In this document: in pieces, positions 24,201-37,695 of the stretch
Position numbering within the stretch: position 1 is the first letter of the stretch
Layout: each line of letters begins with the position of its first letter
Source of the DNA: Eledone cirrhosa
Lineage: Eukaryota
Direction of reading: 5' to 3'
DNA: 64,000 bases
Assembly: GCA_964016885.1 (NCBI GenBank)
Contig: OZ024740.1
Coordinates: forward strand, 204,910,001 to 204,974,000
The notes under the pieces: generated by a model
What the model was told of the DNA's origin: nothing
Database searches by the model: none
Seen by the model: the letters and a program-made list of their open reading frames with translations, nothing else
Position numbers and translations under genes: made by a program

Positions 24201-26189
24201 ACAACTGATAGTTCTTCATACAATTACACAAAAATTCTAAATTGTTCCAACGAGTGAAAGAAGTGGCTTTATGACATGGTTGTAAAGGTCAATTGTTTCA
24301 ATTTCCAGCACAGGTGGCATATTCACTGAGCTGAAAATGACTACTGGAGGTAGCTGGAGGTTAACCTTGTGATCCTCAATCACTTAATGCTACATGAAAC
24401 TGGTATAAACTCTTATCTGATGATCCTCTGGGCTTAAGAAGGTGAGAAATCAATGTATATCACCAATGTCATCCAAGGAAGGAAGATCAAGTATAGAATC
24501 ATACTAACCTCATCTTCAAGCTCAATATCATACACTCTGAAAAGTGGTCCGTGTTAAGAAGGTTTTCCATTTGGAGGAACCAAGCCAAAGGGTTGGTTCC
24601 TATCACAAGACAACCTCTTTACTGTTGGTGTCACACAAATGCACTTTAGGCCCTCTAGAGAGAGAGTGTGACCTCTGGCCCATCTGAAAGGTCTAGCTCC
24701 AATTAAGTACAGATTTTGTCTGTGATGACCCTTGCTAGCAGGGGGAATGGATAATTAAGTGTTGATGTTGAATGCCAAGAGTCACAATTTAGAGATGTTG
24801 AACAAAAAAGCTCAGCTGTAAACTAAGAAGAATTATTCACAATATCATAAGGATCGGAAAAAGGCAGTTGTTGGGGCATTGGATATTAGCTCTGACTTTT
24901 TCTGGTTTGAGTTCCATTCCTGCACAGGCCTGCTTTGCCTTTCATACTTTTAGAGTTTATAAATAAAGTACCAGTCCAGTGTTGGTGCAACCCTATCTCC
25001 TTCCAGTTGTTCTGTTGGGTCAAGGGAGAGAGTGTCTATGTCTGCTTGTGATTGCATAAACAACTTAAACACTTACTGAAAGCATGATATATACTACCAT
25101 GTCATACTCAATTATGAGTGATGTCCATAGTTATATCACATGGAAGGACAGGAGAACAACACACTGGATACTGAAGTAGATAAGTGTTTGTGACATTTTT
25201 GAAGACTTAAACCAGTTGAAGTGGAACTGGGCAAACCATATGATGAGAATGTGATATGAGGTTAACGAACTGGACCACCAGAAACTAGACATGAAGTCAT
25301 AGTCGTTGACAAGCAAGGTAATATTGCTAAATTTAGACCAAGAGGACAGGGAGAAGTACAACAAAGGATGGTGTTTGGAGCCACGCTAAAGAAGAACAAG
25401 ATAGAGCAGTAGTAGTAGATGTCAGGGTGGGGGAAAAGGTTGTCAGCTATTCATAAGTTCTGGTAGTAGTAGTAGTAGTAATGGTGATGGTGTGGTAGTG
25501 TTGTTCAGTTTTTTCAAAGCAAAGTACTGCAACAGATGTATGCTCACTAGTTCAAAGTATTCGTTTTTTTCTGTGAGGAAGAGTTAATATGTGTGTTGTC
25601 TTTTAGAGAGGGAAGATAAGATGGCTGGGAGGAGGAGAGAGTAAAGGGGGTTTGTGTGGTTAGGCTAGGGAGTTAGAAACAATAGTATGTAAAACAGATT
25701 GCTCTCCCACAGATCAAATATTCATGGTTTCTTTTGGGTGTTGTTGGAGAGAGTATTTGTATGAATGGGACCATAGAGTTAATTGTGACAGGTGAGTTAC
25801 AGAATATCCATTGGTCACTCTACCCTATGTTCTAGGGAGTGAGAGAGTTAATTAACAATAGAGAGGCTTTGTGTGAAGTGGGGGCTGAAGAATAGAACTG
25901 GGGTAATCGCAGGTTTTAACCATTTTGTGACTATATTTTTAATGAAATACCTTCTATTTCATTAATGAAGAATTCTGAGGGATTTACCAAAACTATTAAT
26001 TATTTTATTACTAAGATAGTAACTTAACATGTGATTCTTATATAAAATTATGTTGGAAAATTTTTATTTAAATAGAAATCTTTTAAAATAAGTGGTTTTG
26101 TTTCATAGAATCAGAACCAGTTTTAGGTGGATTGATATCAAAAGGTTATTATATTCATTATAGCTTTGTTAGTTTGGTGGTGTTGTACA

Positions 26190-26620
26190 ATATCAGAATT
26201 TCAAGAGAAACTTTTTAGAAGTGTCTTCATGCTCAAAAAATTTCTGTTTGGGTATTCATCAGACATTTTTGCAGCTTCTACTATTGACTTTTCTTGCTCC
26301 CATTTACATATGGTTTGAACTTTTCTATAATCTTCCATGTTATTTTGTATGGCTTGTTATTTTCTTTTAATGAATGAACATTTATGTTTGAACACAGTAA
26401 TTGATCATTTTCTTTTGTTACTAAATGGAGTTGTATACTTAGCACACCTTAGTTTGAATGTTCCTTCCACCATCCTAATCTATCTTTTGGTATTAGCTGT
26501 ATTATTTCTATTTGTGGTTACCTTGGCTTCATATTTTCAAACAAGATGAATAACATAAATCAGTACCCACAGAAAAAAAGAAAAGTTAATAGACTTATGG
26601 ATTTAGGAAAACTATTAGTC
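26190..26620 (-). pseudogene. degraded Penelope-like element GIY-YIG endonuclease fragment
   Basis: YEAKVTT ... IRMVEGTFKLR ... LKENNKPYKITWKIIEK pattern typical of the PLE C-terminus, with stops and frameshifts. Confidence 0.55.
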
Positions 26621-26781
26621 CAAACGAAACATAAAGAACCAATAAGCTTGAGCACATTCATATTTTCAATATTATATATAAGATTTAATATTGTTATAAA
26701 CTGTATAATATTAAATATACTATTTGTGTACATTTTCATCTTTAGTTTACAACATATATATATATATATATTGTATATATA

Positions 26782-26812
<31 letters not shown>

Positions 26813-27109
26813 ATGTATGTATATATATATTATATGTATATATATATATTATATATATAATGTATGTATATATATATTATATATATAATGTATGTATATA
26901 TATATATATATACAGCACTCACTGTAAATGAGGTTGGTGTTAGGAAGGGCATCCAGCTGTAGAAATCAAGCTAGAATCAGTTCCCGTATGAGCAAGACAA
27001 GGTCAGCCGACCGGACACTGCCCACAGCAGGACAACCCGTCTAACCCATGCTAGCGTGGAAGAACGGACATAAAACGGGGATGATGATGATGATGATATT
27101 ATATATATA

Positions 27110-27157
<48 letters not shown>

Positions 27158-27609
27158 TGGTTGAGTGTCAGAGTCATTAGAGCATCAGAGAGAATGTGTT
27201 GCAATATTTGTTCCAGCCTTCTGTGTTTTGAGTTCAAATCCTCCTAAGGTATTCTTTGCCTTTGATGTTTAGAGGGTTGATAAAGAGTGTACCAGCCCAG
27301 CACTGGTGCTGCCTTCTTGCTGTCATTCCCTGGATATTCCATTAGATCAAGAATGGGAGAGTCGAGTGTGTCTGTTTATGACTGCATGGGTATCTTTCAT
27401 CATTAGTGAAAGCATGAGACATACTACCAAGTCAAGCTTATTGTGAGTAACAGATGTAGATGAGTGGATATTCAATGAGCAATATTGATAGCAGAGTTGC
27501 ATATGATCTCTAGGTAAAGACCACCTTCAGTCACAATGACCATGGGATTTGCACCTAGAAATTTCTTTTCTGAGGCACAAATCCAGGCAATGATCGATAT
27601 ACACCACTT

Positions 27610-28640
27610 ATCATCATCATCATCATCATCATCGTTTAACATCCATATTCCACGCTTGCATGGGTTTGGACGGGAGTTTTCCCACTTGAGGCAAGAGTGG
27701 TTGTCTTGCTCGCATAGGACTGTCTGGCGGGTTTTCTACGGCTGGATGCCCTTCCTAACACCAACCACATTTACAGTGTGGAACTGGGAGGTTTTTACCG
27801 TGTTACCTACATGGCCACATTACAGTGTGGACTGTGTGTTTTTTTGTTGTGACACCTACACGACCTCATTTGTTTCGGGCTGGATGTTGTGGTACCAACA
27901 TAACTTTACATTGAAAGGGGTGGTGTGGATGGGGTGGGGGTAGTGGGACGGGGGTGTATTTTGTTAGAGGTGCCTACTGACTGTAGTAGGTTTCACTTTG
28001 TATTTAGGTAAGGCGGGTCTTCTCTGTTACTGAGTACCGCCAAAGGTCTCGGTCCAGTGACATTGTCTTGGAGAGGTGTAAGTGTGTGAGGTCGGAATTT
28101 ATCAAGTCGTCCCAGGTTTTTCTGGGTCTGCCTACTCCGTGGCTACCGTCTATTTTTATTGCCCTGCACTTTTTTATACAGCTGTCATCTTTCATGCGCA
28201 TCACGTGACCATACCAACGTAGCCTTCTCTCGAGTAAACAACATCTGATCCCTCTTATCTCTAATTTTTCCCTTAGTTCGTTTATGCTTTGCCGTTCACG
28301 TATATTACTATTACACATCCGGTGGAGCATGCAAGCTTCGTTCCTCTCCAGTCTGCGTATATCCTCTGCACACAATGCCCAGGTCTCACTGCCATGCAAC
28401 ATTGCTGTTCGTATGCAGGTATCATACAGCCTGCCTTTCATTTTTAGGGAGAACCCTTTAGCGGCTAATAGTGGTATAAGCTCTCTGAACTTTTTCCATC
28501 CAGTTCTAACTCTAGCTACTGTACTTTCAGAGCACCCTCCCCCACTGCTGATTTTGTCACCCAGGTAACGGAAGCTGTTCACTATTTCTATAGAACCATC
28601 TGTGCAATGGAATGAGCTAGTATTCTGTGGGCACTTGCTG
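27610..28640 (-). mobile_element. 5'-truncated RTE LINE with 3'UTR and (GAT)n tail
   Basis: Track ORF 28004-28582 (FRYLGD...LHGSETW...RLRWYGHVMRM...GRPRKTW). Confidence 0.9.
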
Positions 28641-29849
28641 CTAATATATGCAATATGTTTACTTAGGTTTCATGGCCTAACTGTATTTTCAACTCTGATA
28701 GAGTGCAAGACATTCTGCCATTCATTCATCAGGCAAAATCTAAATGGCTACTCATGATTGAGAAGAAATCAAGAATGTGAAGAAGTGAGTCCTGTTGTGT
28801 TACTTAGGTGTTGTATCTTCTTAAAGAAAAATATTAAGGAATGCCAAGAATGGGTTATTTATTAGACTGTGGGACATTCTCCCATATGCAAAGCATGTCC
28901 AATATTAACCCTTTGTTGCTGTATTCCCAATGAAACCCACTCTGTTGCAATTAATTTTTGAAGAATTTTGAGGCATTTATTAAAAATTGTTAATTATTTA
29001 ATTACTAAAACAGTAACTTCACATATGGTTTTTATATAAAAATATTGGAAGATTTTAATTTAAATAGAAAACCTTTAAAACAAGTGGGGTGTTTTTCATA
29101 GAACCAGGGGCTGTTACAAGTGGTTTGGTATCAAAAGGGTTAAATACTGTATAAAGAAGATATAAACATTGTTAAGGAAAGATTTATTATTTGTAATAAT
29201 CAATAATTGTTTCTGATTTAGGCCAACAATTTTGGAGGAAAAAGAAAGCCTCAGTGTATGACTGGTACTTTATTTTATCAACCTATGTAAGGATGAAAGG
29301 GAAAGCTAATCTCGGCGGGATTTGAACTCAGAATGTAAAGGGCCGTAACTCAATGCTGTCAACAATGTTCTCCGATGCTCTCTGATAACTGCCAATCAAC
29401 TGCCCTATTCTTTCTATTAATAATGATATCAAGTAGAACATGTACAACCAACAATATAAAACAATATAGAACATGTACAACCACATGATAAAACTTCCCT
29501 CATTTTTACCCCTCCTGCTTTTATACCCCACACCCGTTTGTGTTTTACTAATCTTTAACATTCTTTTGCTTTTCACTTAATTGTATGTACTTATAAACAT
29601 ATACATATGAAAAGAAACTTTCCATATATATATATTTGTATGTGTTAGTTAAGTGTGTAACTACAGTTACAGGCGGCATGCTGTTCAGAGCACTCGGTGT
29701 TGTTACAATGTCTGTCTCATGTTGGGTTGTATTCCAGAGTTAAGGCGGCTGTAGTGTGTAAATAAAGTCAGTGCTGCAGCATATGTACAAACTCTATTGG
29801 CATATTACAATTGTTTCAATATCAGGCACATGGCTTACAATTGTTTCAA

Positions 29850-30195
29850 AATGGAGGCACATGGCTTAGTGGTTAGAGCATTGGCCTTGCAATCGAAAGG
29901 TTGTGAGTTCAATTCTCAGACCGGGTGATGTGTTGTTTCCTTGAGCAAGACACTTTATTTCACATTGCTCCAGTTTACTCAGCTGTAGAAATGAGATGAT
30001 AGGGACTGGGGTGCCTATCATTCCACTGCAAAGTGGTCGTGGAGGTGCCACAGCAAAAATGCACCCAGCACTCACTGTAAATGAGGTTGGTGTTAGGAAG
30101 GGCATCCAGCTGTAGAAATCAAGCCACAATCAGTTCCCATCCCACCCTTGCAAGCAGGGAAAAAGCAGACGTAAAATGAAATGATGATGAATGGT
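29850..30195 (+). mobile_element. tRNA-derived SINE (family B) with RTE-derived 3' tail
   Basis: tRNA-like head TGGCTTAGTGG...GAGTTCAATTC, central ccttgagcaagacactt domain, tail closely matching RTE 3' end at 54118-54330. Confidence 0.85.
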
Positions 30196-30330
30196 GATCA
30201 ATCAGCTCAGGGTACAATCAAATGACGGGGGCCCGACTATTCTTCAACATCTCAGATATGCAAGTTTATATGTGCAACGACATATCCAAACTCAATTGTA
30301 GCTTGACTATGTCGTTGCATATATAAACTC

Positions 30331-30414
30331 GCATATCTGAGGAGATGTTAAAGAATAGTCGGGTCCCTGTCATTTGACTGTACCCTGATTGATATTGAAA
30401 CAATTGTAATATGC
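30331..30414 (+). ncRNA. type-I hammerhead ribozyme (Penelope-like-element type)
   Basis: Stem I GCATAT/ATATGC, core CTGAGGA, stem II GATGTT/GATATT (three G-U pairs) with extension, GAAA, palindromic stem III CAATTG, cleavage triplet GUA (cut after 30408). Confidence 0.65.
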
Positions 30415-30540
30415 TAATAAAGTTTCTACATATGTTGCAACACTGACTTCAATTCTACTGACTTTATTTATATATGAATAGGGAGACACAAAGCAGGCTT
30501 TGTTTACAAATAGCTAGCGAATTTGAAAGTTAGGTAGTAA

Positions 30541-30829
30541 CATATGCTTACGCCATATTTGACTAAATAGAGTCAAATACGGCGTAAGCATATGTCTCAT
30601 AGTTGGGATTTTAGAAAACCCTCTGAATGGAAAAAAGATGAGTATTGACGTACATGGGACACGAACCCATATCTTTGGCTTGCCAGATCATTACACCAAC
30701 ACATCACCCACATGGTGGGTTTGTGTTCCATGTACATCTCAATACTCATCCTTTTTTCCATTCAGAGGGTTTTTTAAAATCCCAACTAACAGACTAATTC
30801 TATTTAGTCAAATACAGCATAAGCACATG
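30541..30829. repeat. ~290-bp palindrome with an additional nested 54-bp hairpin
   Basis: catatgcttacgcc...ggcgtaagcatatg (30541-30594); tagttgggatttt...aaaatcccaacta (30600-30788). Confidence 0.8.
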
Positions 30830-33179
30830 TTTTGTATTTATATATGGCTGTATAAATATACATATATTTGTAAATTATAAGTAAATGTATATCTGTAGTC
30901 ATATATTTCTATGATTTATGCATATTCAACAATACTGTTTGAATAAAAATTAAAAGTCAATAGAATACAATAGTTACTAGGCTGAATAACACGTGGTAAA
31001 TATATACTGTATCTTTTCTTATATTTACTTCTACCTGTAGCAAAATGTTTCTCATCTCCCATTCTATTTATGTTTATGTTTGCTACTTTGACCCAACAGT
31101 ATTGAGTAATTTATACAGTGAATCAGTATATGTTTAGTGTATATAGGTGCATGTATGTGTGTATAGATATATATAGGTGTGTGTGTGTTATCTCACACTA
31201 CCAGAGGTTACCAACACTTACCACTCTGTCGAATTCCGGTACACTTGACCAATATATCTTAAATGAAATCTGCTTGACAGAAATTGAGTGAAGGTTCAGA
31301 GAGACTTTTCCCCATTTTGATCCAATGTGTAGCTCAGACTTACTCCACCATCTGGCCCATTCGTACATTTGGTGGAGGCTACTCTGGTTTTATATCAAAA
31401 GTGTTAAGATATATTATTACCCAATGTTGAGAAAAATCCATGTGTACATTTAGTTTTAGTATTAACTTGGATCAAATTTCTAGAAAATCTTAATGTTTGA
31501 TAGGCTATTCATATTTCATTTTAACCAATTGTAGTTAAGAAATAACAAAGGGAGAGGAACTATTAAGTACAAATCTAAATTCTTGTTCTATTGTTTTACA
31601 TCTTGTCTAAAGACACATTTCTCTGCTTGCCTCATACTAGACATAGAATATGTAACCAAATGACCAACATTAAATATATTAATTCACTTCATGATTCATA
31701 TTTCAGTCACTGAACCTGCAGAAATTACACAATACATGCTAGCATAGAAAATTTAGCCTTTTTGATTATACCAAACCACCTGAAACCACTGTTGGTTCTA
31801 TAAGAAAAACAGTTTTAACCCTTTTGCCTTTAACCTGGCCGTATCTGGCCAAAATTCTGTCATCTCTTTCTGTTCAAACCAGCCATAAATTCAATGTTTA
31901 ACAAATATAAAGGTCCAAATATCTTTACAACACTGCACAAGAAAGAGCAATCTGAAGGATTAACTCACTCCTTGCAAGCATTGAAATTAATAGATGCAAA
32001 ATTGTGAATGCTGTCTAGAAAAATCATTAACACAAACAAAAATACCTGTCTTTAAAATGTATTTTCTTATCTGTATGACAATTTTCTAATCATAAGGTTG
32101 AATGTAAAAAAACAAAAATACAGAATTAGCTTAGTTATCACTTCATAAAAAAAAAAATAGAGAAGGATGATATTTACTAGACATTGAAAGATAGTTGAAA
32201 CTATTTTTAAGAATTCAGTAAAGTAATTTTTTAATGCCAAACAAAATTAATGAATATAAATTATTTTGTCGTACTGTGGATCTCATAAACATTCATCTTC
32301 TGGTTTTACATTACTTTTTTTTACTCATTCTTTATCATATTTCTAATGAAAGACATTGCCTACGATTTTTAAATAATTTTGAAAATAATCAAGATTTTGA
32401 TTGGTTTTAGTAAAATAACTAAATTTTGCAATTATTATTCTCAACAAAGGATTTTATATAAAATTATAATGGAAGGCTTTTTAGAAAAATGTAACCATTT
32501 TAACTATTTCATTACCATATTTCTAATGAAAGACACTGCCTATAACTCTCAAATCATTTAGAAAATAATGTAATTAACTTTTTCATTATGAAGCTGGTGT
32601 TTGGGGCTTAACAAAGATTCTTACATAAAATTATGATGAAAGGTGTTTAGATAAATATAAACACTTTAACCCTTTAGCTTTATATTTACTATTGAATTTT
32701 TTCACAGTAAACACTTTATTTCACATAATTATCTCACAATATATTGAATCTATGAAGTTTTGATATTATTTATTTTAAGAAGAATACCTTAACATCAGTA
32801 TGAGTGGCTGGTTGCAGCCAGTTTGAACAGAAAGAGGTGAGAGAATGTTGGCCAGATACAACCAGTTTAAATGCTAAAGGGTTAAAGTAGTTCTTAGGAA
32901 GATTCTGTGTGACGGGTGGCTCTTTCAATTAGAAACATACTTCATCTGATGACTTCCAAACAGTTTCCATAAACCTAATTCGACTCATATGGTTTGGGTT
33001 TACCCCAGACTATGATGAATGGCACTTGCCCAAGATACCATGCAGCTGGATTGTAAAATGTACTTTTTAACCATTCTGTGTCCACAATAACAAACCTAGG
33101 AATTAACTGAAAGCATTGTTTACAAAGAAACATTAAATTCATTTGTTTTGCAGTATCATCTTCTGTTTGAAATACATCA

Positions 33180-33620
33180 TCATCATCTTTTTACATCTGC
33201 ATGGGTTGGAGTGGTCTTTTCCAGTGCAGCTTCTTTCCACCTACTGTGTTCCTTCATTGTCTCCTCTGTGAGGTTTAGCGTTATGAGACCCACTTTCACT
33301 ACTTCTACCTAAGTCTTCCTCTACTGCAGCTTCCTTCCACTGGGAAGTCCAGGCACTTCTTCATCCATATGGAAATGTCTTCTCTCTTGCATACTACATC
33401 TGACTTTTCTTATACCCAGTTTCTTTCTCTGCTCATCCATGCTTCACCGGTCATGCACATTAACATCATCCATCGAAGCATGATTGCTTCACATCTCTCC
33501 AGCCTTTGCATGTCCTCTGCATTCAATGTCCATGTTTCACTTTCATGCAACATTGCACTTAGCACATGATCATTATACAGCCTGCCTTTCCTTTATAGAG
33601 TGTAACCTTTTGTTGTCAAT
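33180..33620 (-). mobile_element. degraded RTE LINE 3' fragment
   Basis: Homologous to 11500-11970 and 28004-28500 (KGRLYN...AMLHESETW). Confidence 0.7.
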
Positions 33621-35434
33621 CAACATATTAATTAGTGCTTAATTGTTCAGTTAGATAATATTAATGAGCAATGTAGTAGTGGGCAACTTAATATGCAAGC
33701 AGATAGCTGTGTTTTAAAAGTCGTAGACAGTAAAGATCTATGCTGTAAATTTGTTTGAAATCATCACCATCATCATTATTTTTCATCCTCTTTCCATGTT
33801 GGCAGAGGCTGGATGTGCTGTTACATCCAGGAAACCACATCTTGCTTAAACAGTCCATATTTTTACATGGTTTCTAAGGCTGGATTGGCTGTCACTTACA
33901 ATCGAAACTTGGTAGCATGTACCATGCTCTTAATAAGGATTTTAGGTGCAACTGCAGTTACAGACACCTTCTCCCTCCTTCTTTTGATCCAGGTTGTGTC
34001 AGCTGGAAGGGGAGGGGTCTTCACCAACACTAGGCTGGTACTTTCTTTATCGACTCTGAAAGGATGAAAAGCAAAGTGGACTTCGACAGGATTTGTACTC
34101 AGAGTGAAGAGAGCTGGAATAGATATTCAATGCTTTAAGGACTTTGTTAAATTGAATACTTTCAGCTGTTGTTAATATTCCTAGTAATGCCTTGTACTTA
34201 CTGTTACTATTTCCATAACTGGTTGACATTAGGAAAGGCATTCAGTGGTAGAAAAGTAAAATTCATCCAGTACACTCTGTAAAGGAGTTGGTAGTAGGAA
34301 GGGCATTCTATCATAGAAAACTTGCTTAATAAATGGTTGAGAGGACTCTTCAGTTGTGTGAGAGACATGACAACCTCCTAAGTGTGGGTGCCACAAAAAT
34401 ACACTCTGTAGAGAGTGAGATTGTGAGAACATATGATAAATGAGTTGTGGTAGTATCAGTGGTAGTAGTAGTACTAGTTCTAGTAATGGTAGTAGTAGTA
34501 GTAGCATTAAAGTAACAGCTGCAGTAGTGGTGGTAGTAGTAGTAGTAGTAGTTACTAGACCACCGGACCACATGCATAGTTTTTATTTTATCAAAACTAT
34601 ACGGATGAAAGATAAAAATGAGCCAGAAACGATTATATTGAAGGACTTAGTCTGATGTTCTGCAGTTTTCACTTCTTCAGCCCTTTTTCTAAAAACAATT
34701 AATTCTTTCATTACCATATTTCTATTGAATGGCGCTGCCTATGATTTTCAAATAATTTTGAAAATAATCAAGAATTTGGTGAGATTTAATAATGTAACTA
34801 ACTATTTCATTATTAACCCTTTATCATTTAAACCTGCAATATCTGGCCAGATTTCTCTTACCCTCTTTCTGTTCAAACTGGCTGCAACCAGCCACTCATA
34901 CTGATGTTAAGGTATTCTTCTTAAAATAAATAATATCAAAATCTCATAGATTCAATATTATGTGCGTTAATTATGCTAGGTAAAGCCTTTACCGTGATAT
35001 ATAGTATATATATATATATATAGTAATGTAAATGCTAAAGGGTTAAACTTGTGTTTAGAGCATAACTTAACAAAGGTTTTAAGTAAAATTATAATGAAAC
35101 GTTTTTAGATAAATATAAACATTTTGAAATGAATAGCATAGTATCATAGATCTATAAGTGGATTCAGGTAGTCTAGTATCAAAAACATTAAACCAGAGGC
35201 AGATTTAAGCTCTGATCTTTTTTTTAGCTTGCCCAAATAGTTAAACATAATTTCTTTCTTTTTCAATGTTTCTCCTTGATTTTTTGTGTTTATGCTTGAT
35301 GTACATGTGAACAAGTGAATTTACATATAGATAAATACATGTGCATACAACTGAAAACATGATTATTGTAAAAATAGTTAAAGAGAATCCCTCTTGTTAT
35401 AATATTTTGTATGTCTTCTGCTTTATTAAGCATA

Positions 35435-35540
35435 TTTGGCAAGTGAAATGATTTGTGAAAATTTTTGTTGAAACTAAAGCAATTACATTGTGAAAGAGTT
35501 ATTTTAACCTTTCAAAAACTATTAAATTCACTTTTCATTT
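35435..35540 (+). repeat. single inverted, diverged copy of the 87-bp array unit plus its left flank
   Basis: tgttgaaactaaagcaatt (35466-35484) is the exact reverse complement of 19 nt in the array units; similarity extends to tttggcaagtga and to unique flank 39138-39190. Confidence 0.85.
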
Positions 35541-36499
35541 AAAACAGGTAGGTGATTGATGGTTTTGTTATGAGGATTTATTGATGTGTTTAATCTGATA
35601 TTTAGTAAACTTAGTTTTACTAGATCACAAGCTTCGACAAAACATCAACCAGCTTCCATCATTTTATATATTAAACTTTTAGCATTTAAACCGGCGGCTG
35701 TATCTGGCCAGAATTATCTCACTTCTTTCTGTTTAAACCAGCCATAACTGGCCACTCATACTGATGTTAAGGCATTGTTCTCAAAATAAATATCAAAATC
35801 TCATAGATTCGATACTATGTGAGATAATTACCATGGAAATACAATAGTAAATATAGTGTAATGTAAATGCTAAAGGGTTAAGGAATGCTAGCAAAAGCAA
35901 TATAATAATTAAGAAGAAACACGCACATCTTTTTCTTCTTTTATTGTCAAAAATGTTTTAAGTTTTCATTAATAAATGATTTGGAAATTACACTATTACA
36001 ATCAAATAATAATAGCATGTTGATAGGGGTAAATGTTTAGTGTTTTTGGTGCCCCAGAAATCCCAGCAATTTTGTATCAATTTGTTGGTTGAAATATTTA
36101 ACAGTGAGTTGTAGATGTGTGGCTAGAGAGATTGAATTTATATATACTCCTGAGAGTGAAAAAGAGAGATAGGTTAAAAGCATGAGCTAATGATTAGAGT
36201 AAATAAGAGATACTGGTTGTCAGTGTATTTATGTCTCCCAGCAGCAGCTCTAGCTATATGACCATTGTAGGGTGAGTAAGAGCAAACTAAGAGGCTGACA
36301 GTGTCTGGTCATGGTTTTATAGCCAACAGAGACCTCTGACTGTGTTTGCACTTTTGGAGGAAGATTAAAAAATGGTGATACATAATTTAGTTTGATTTTC
36401 AAACTTGTTCCTCTATCTTCTGGTTACTTTTGATATGAAGTTACTACTGTTTACAAATGCTCTAATGTACCCCTGATGCATAAACATTTTTATAACGGA

Positions 36500-37330
36500 T
36501 TTTTCTTTTCTTCATGATATAACATTATGGTGCCATCTCCTCCATTAATGTGAATACGAACCTGTTTTGTGTGGGGTGGTATAAACAAGAATGGGCCAGG
36601 CATTGTATCTCTTGTCAGAAAATAAAAATTCATCACCATCTTCAAACACTTTTTGGCACTTTCTGAACACCTCATGCACATTTTCAACATGTGTGCATTG
36701 ACATTATCTCACCACTGCCTCCTTTTCAAGATTGCATCCACATTTTGACCTGTGTGGACAGATTTTCCATTTGGCCTGAAGCCATTCCCTTGCTTGATAC
36801 CACAGCAGAAACAATTGCTAAAGGTTTCCTATTTTGGCACATCCTTTACAGTTACAATGGGCAGAGAGCCTCTTCTCAGATTTGACACATATCTTAGGTT
36901 GTTACCTGCGCAACAGCTTACCTCTACAACCAATGGTATGGTGTGATGTTTTTATTGACAGTTGAAATCTGCTCTCAGAGCCTACAACAACAACTGGTTG
37001 GATATTCTGCCTCTTATCCTTCTTGGAATTTGCTCCAATGTGAAAGAAGGAATTTGTTCTACACCAGCCGAGCTTCTTTATGGCATAACATTGACATTAC
37101 CCAGGCAAACAATGATCCCTACTTCTCAGGACTTTCCAGATCCAACAAACTATATATATCATCTGAAGACCTTCATGCCATCTACTGCTACGTGATCTCA
37201 AAATATCACTACTCACATTCCATTTAATATTCAACAATGGACACATGTTTTCATTACAAAGGATACTGTACAAGCTCCACTGCAATAACCATATTACAAA
37301 GTATTCAGCAGAACACCCACATGTTTTATC
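36500..37330 (+). pseudogene. degraded Gypsy/Ty3 LTR-retrotransposon integrase fragment
   Basis: IDIISPLPP...LTCVDRFSIWPEAIPLLDTTAETIA and LKSALRA...WLDILPLILLG...TPAELLYG motifs, frameshifted. Confidence 0.8.
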
Positions 37331-37354
37331 CTGGATATCCAGTGAAGTCTCCAA

Positions 37355-37695
37355 CCCACACTGTAAAGTGGTCGTGTTGGTGTCACAACAAAAAGCATCC
37401 AATCCACACTGTTAAGTGGTTGTGTAGATGTCATGACAAAAAGCACCCAGTACACACTGTTAAGTGGTTGTGTAGATGCATGACAAAAAGCATCTAGTTC
37501 ACACTGTAAAGTGGTTGTGTAGGTGTCACAACAAAAAGCATCCAGTTCACACTGTAAAGTGGTCAGGATGGCAACACGCAAAAAGTGCCCATCCCACACT
37601 GTAGAGTGGTCGTGTAGGTGTCACGACAAAAAGCACCCAGTACTCACTGTAAATGAAGTTGGCATTAGGAAGGGCATCCAGCTGTAGAAACCACC
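37355..37695 (+). repeat. RTE/SINE 3' tail with ~7-8 tandem ~39-bp units
   Basis: cacactgtaaagtggttgtgtaggtgtcacgacaaaaagcacccag units ending in ggcattaggaagggcatccagctgtagaaa. Confidence 0.8.

Larger units (their letters stand above)
29765..30450. mobile_element. palindromic hammerhead-bearing element whose left arm is interrupted by a SINE
   Basis: 29765-29825 plus 30200-30285 are the reverse complement of ~30308-30450. Confidence 0.7.

Noticed and set aside
29850-29925. tRNA gene
   Set aside because: tRNA-like head continues directly into SINE body and LINE-derived tail; acceptor stem not intact
31195-31385. ~60-codon open frame on - strand with GTAAGT motifs
   Set aside because: No recognisable homology, no convincing acceptor, no partner exons
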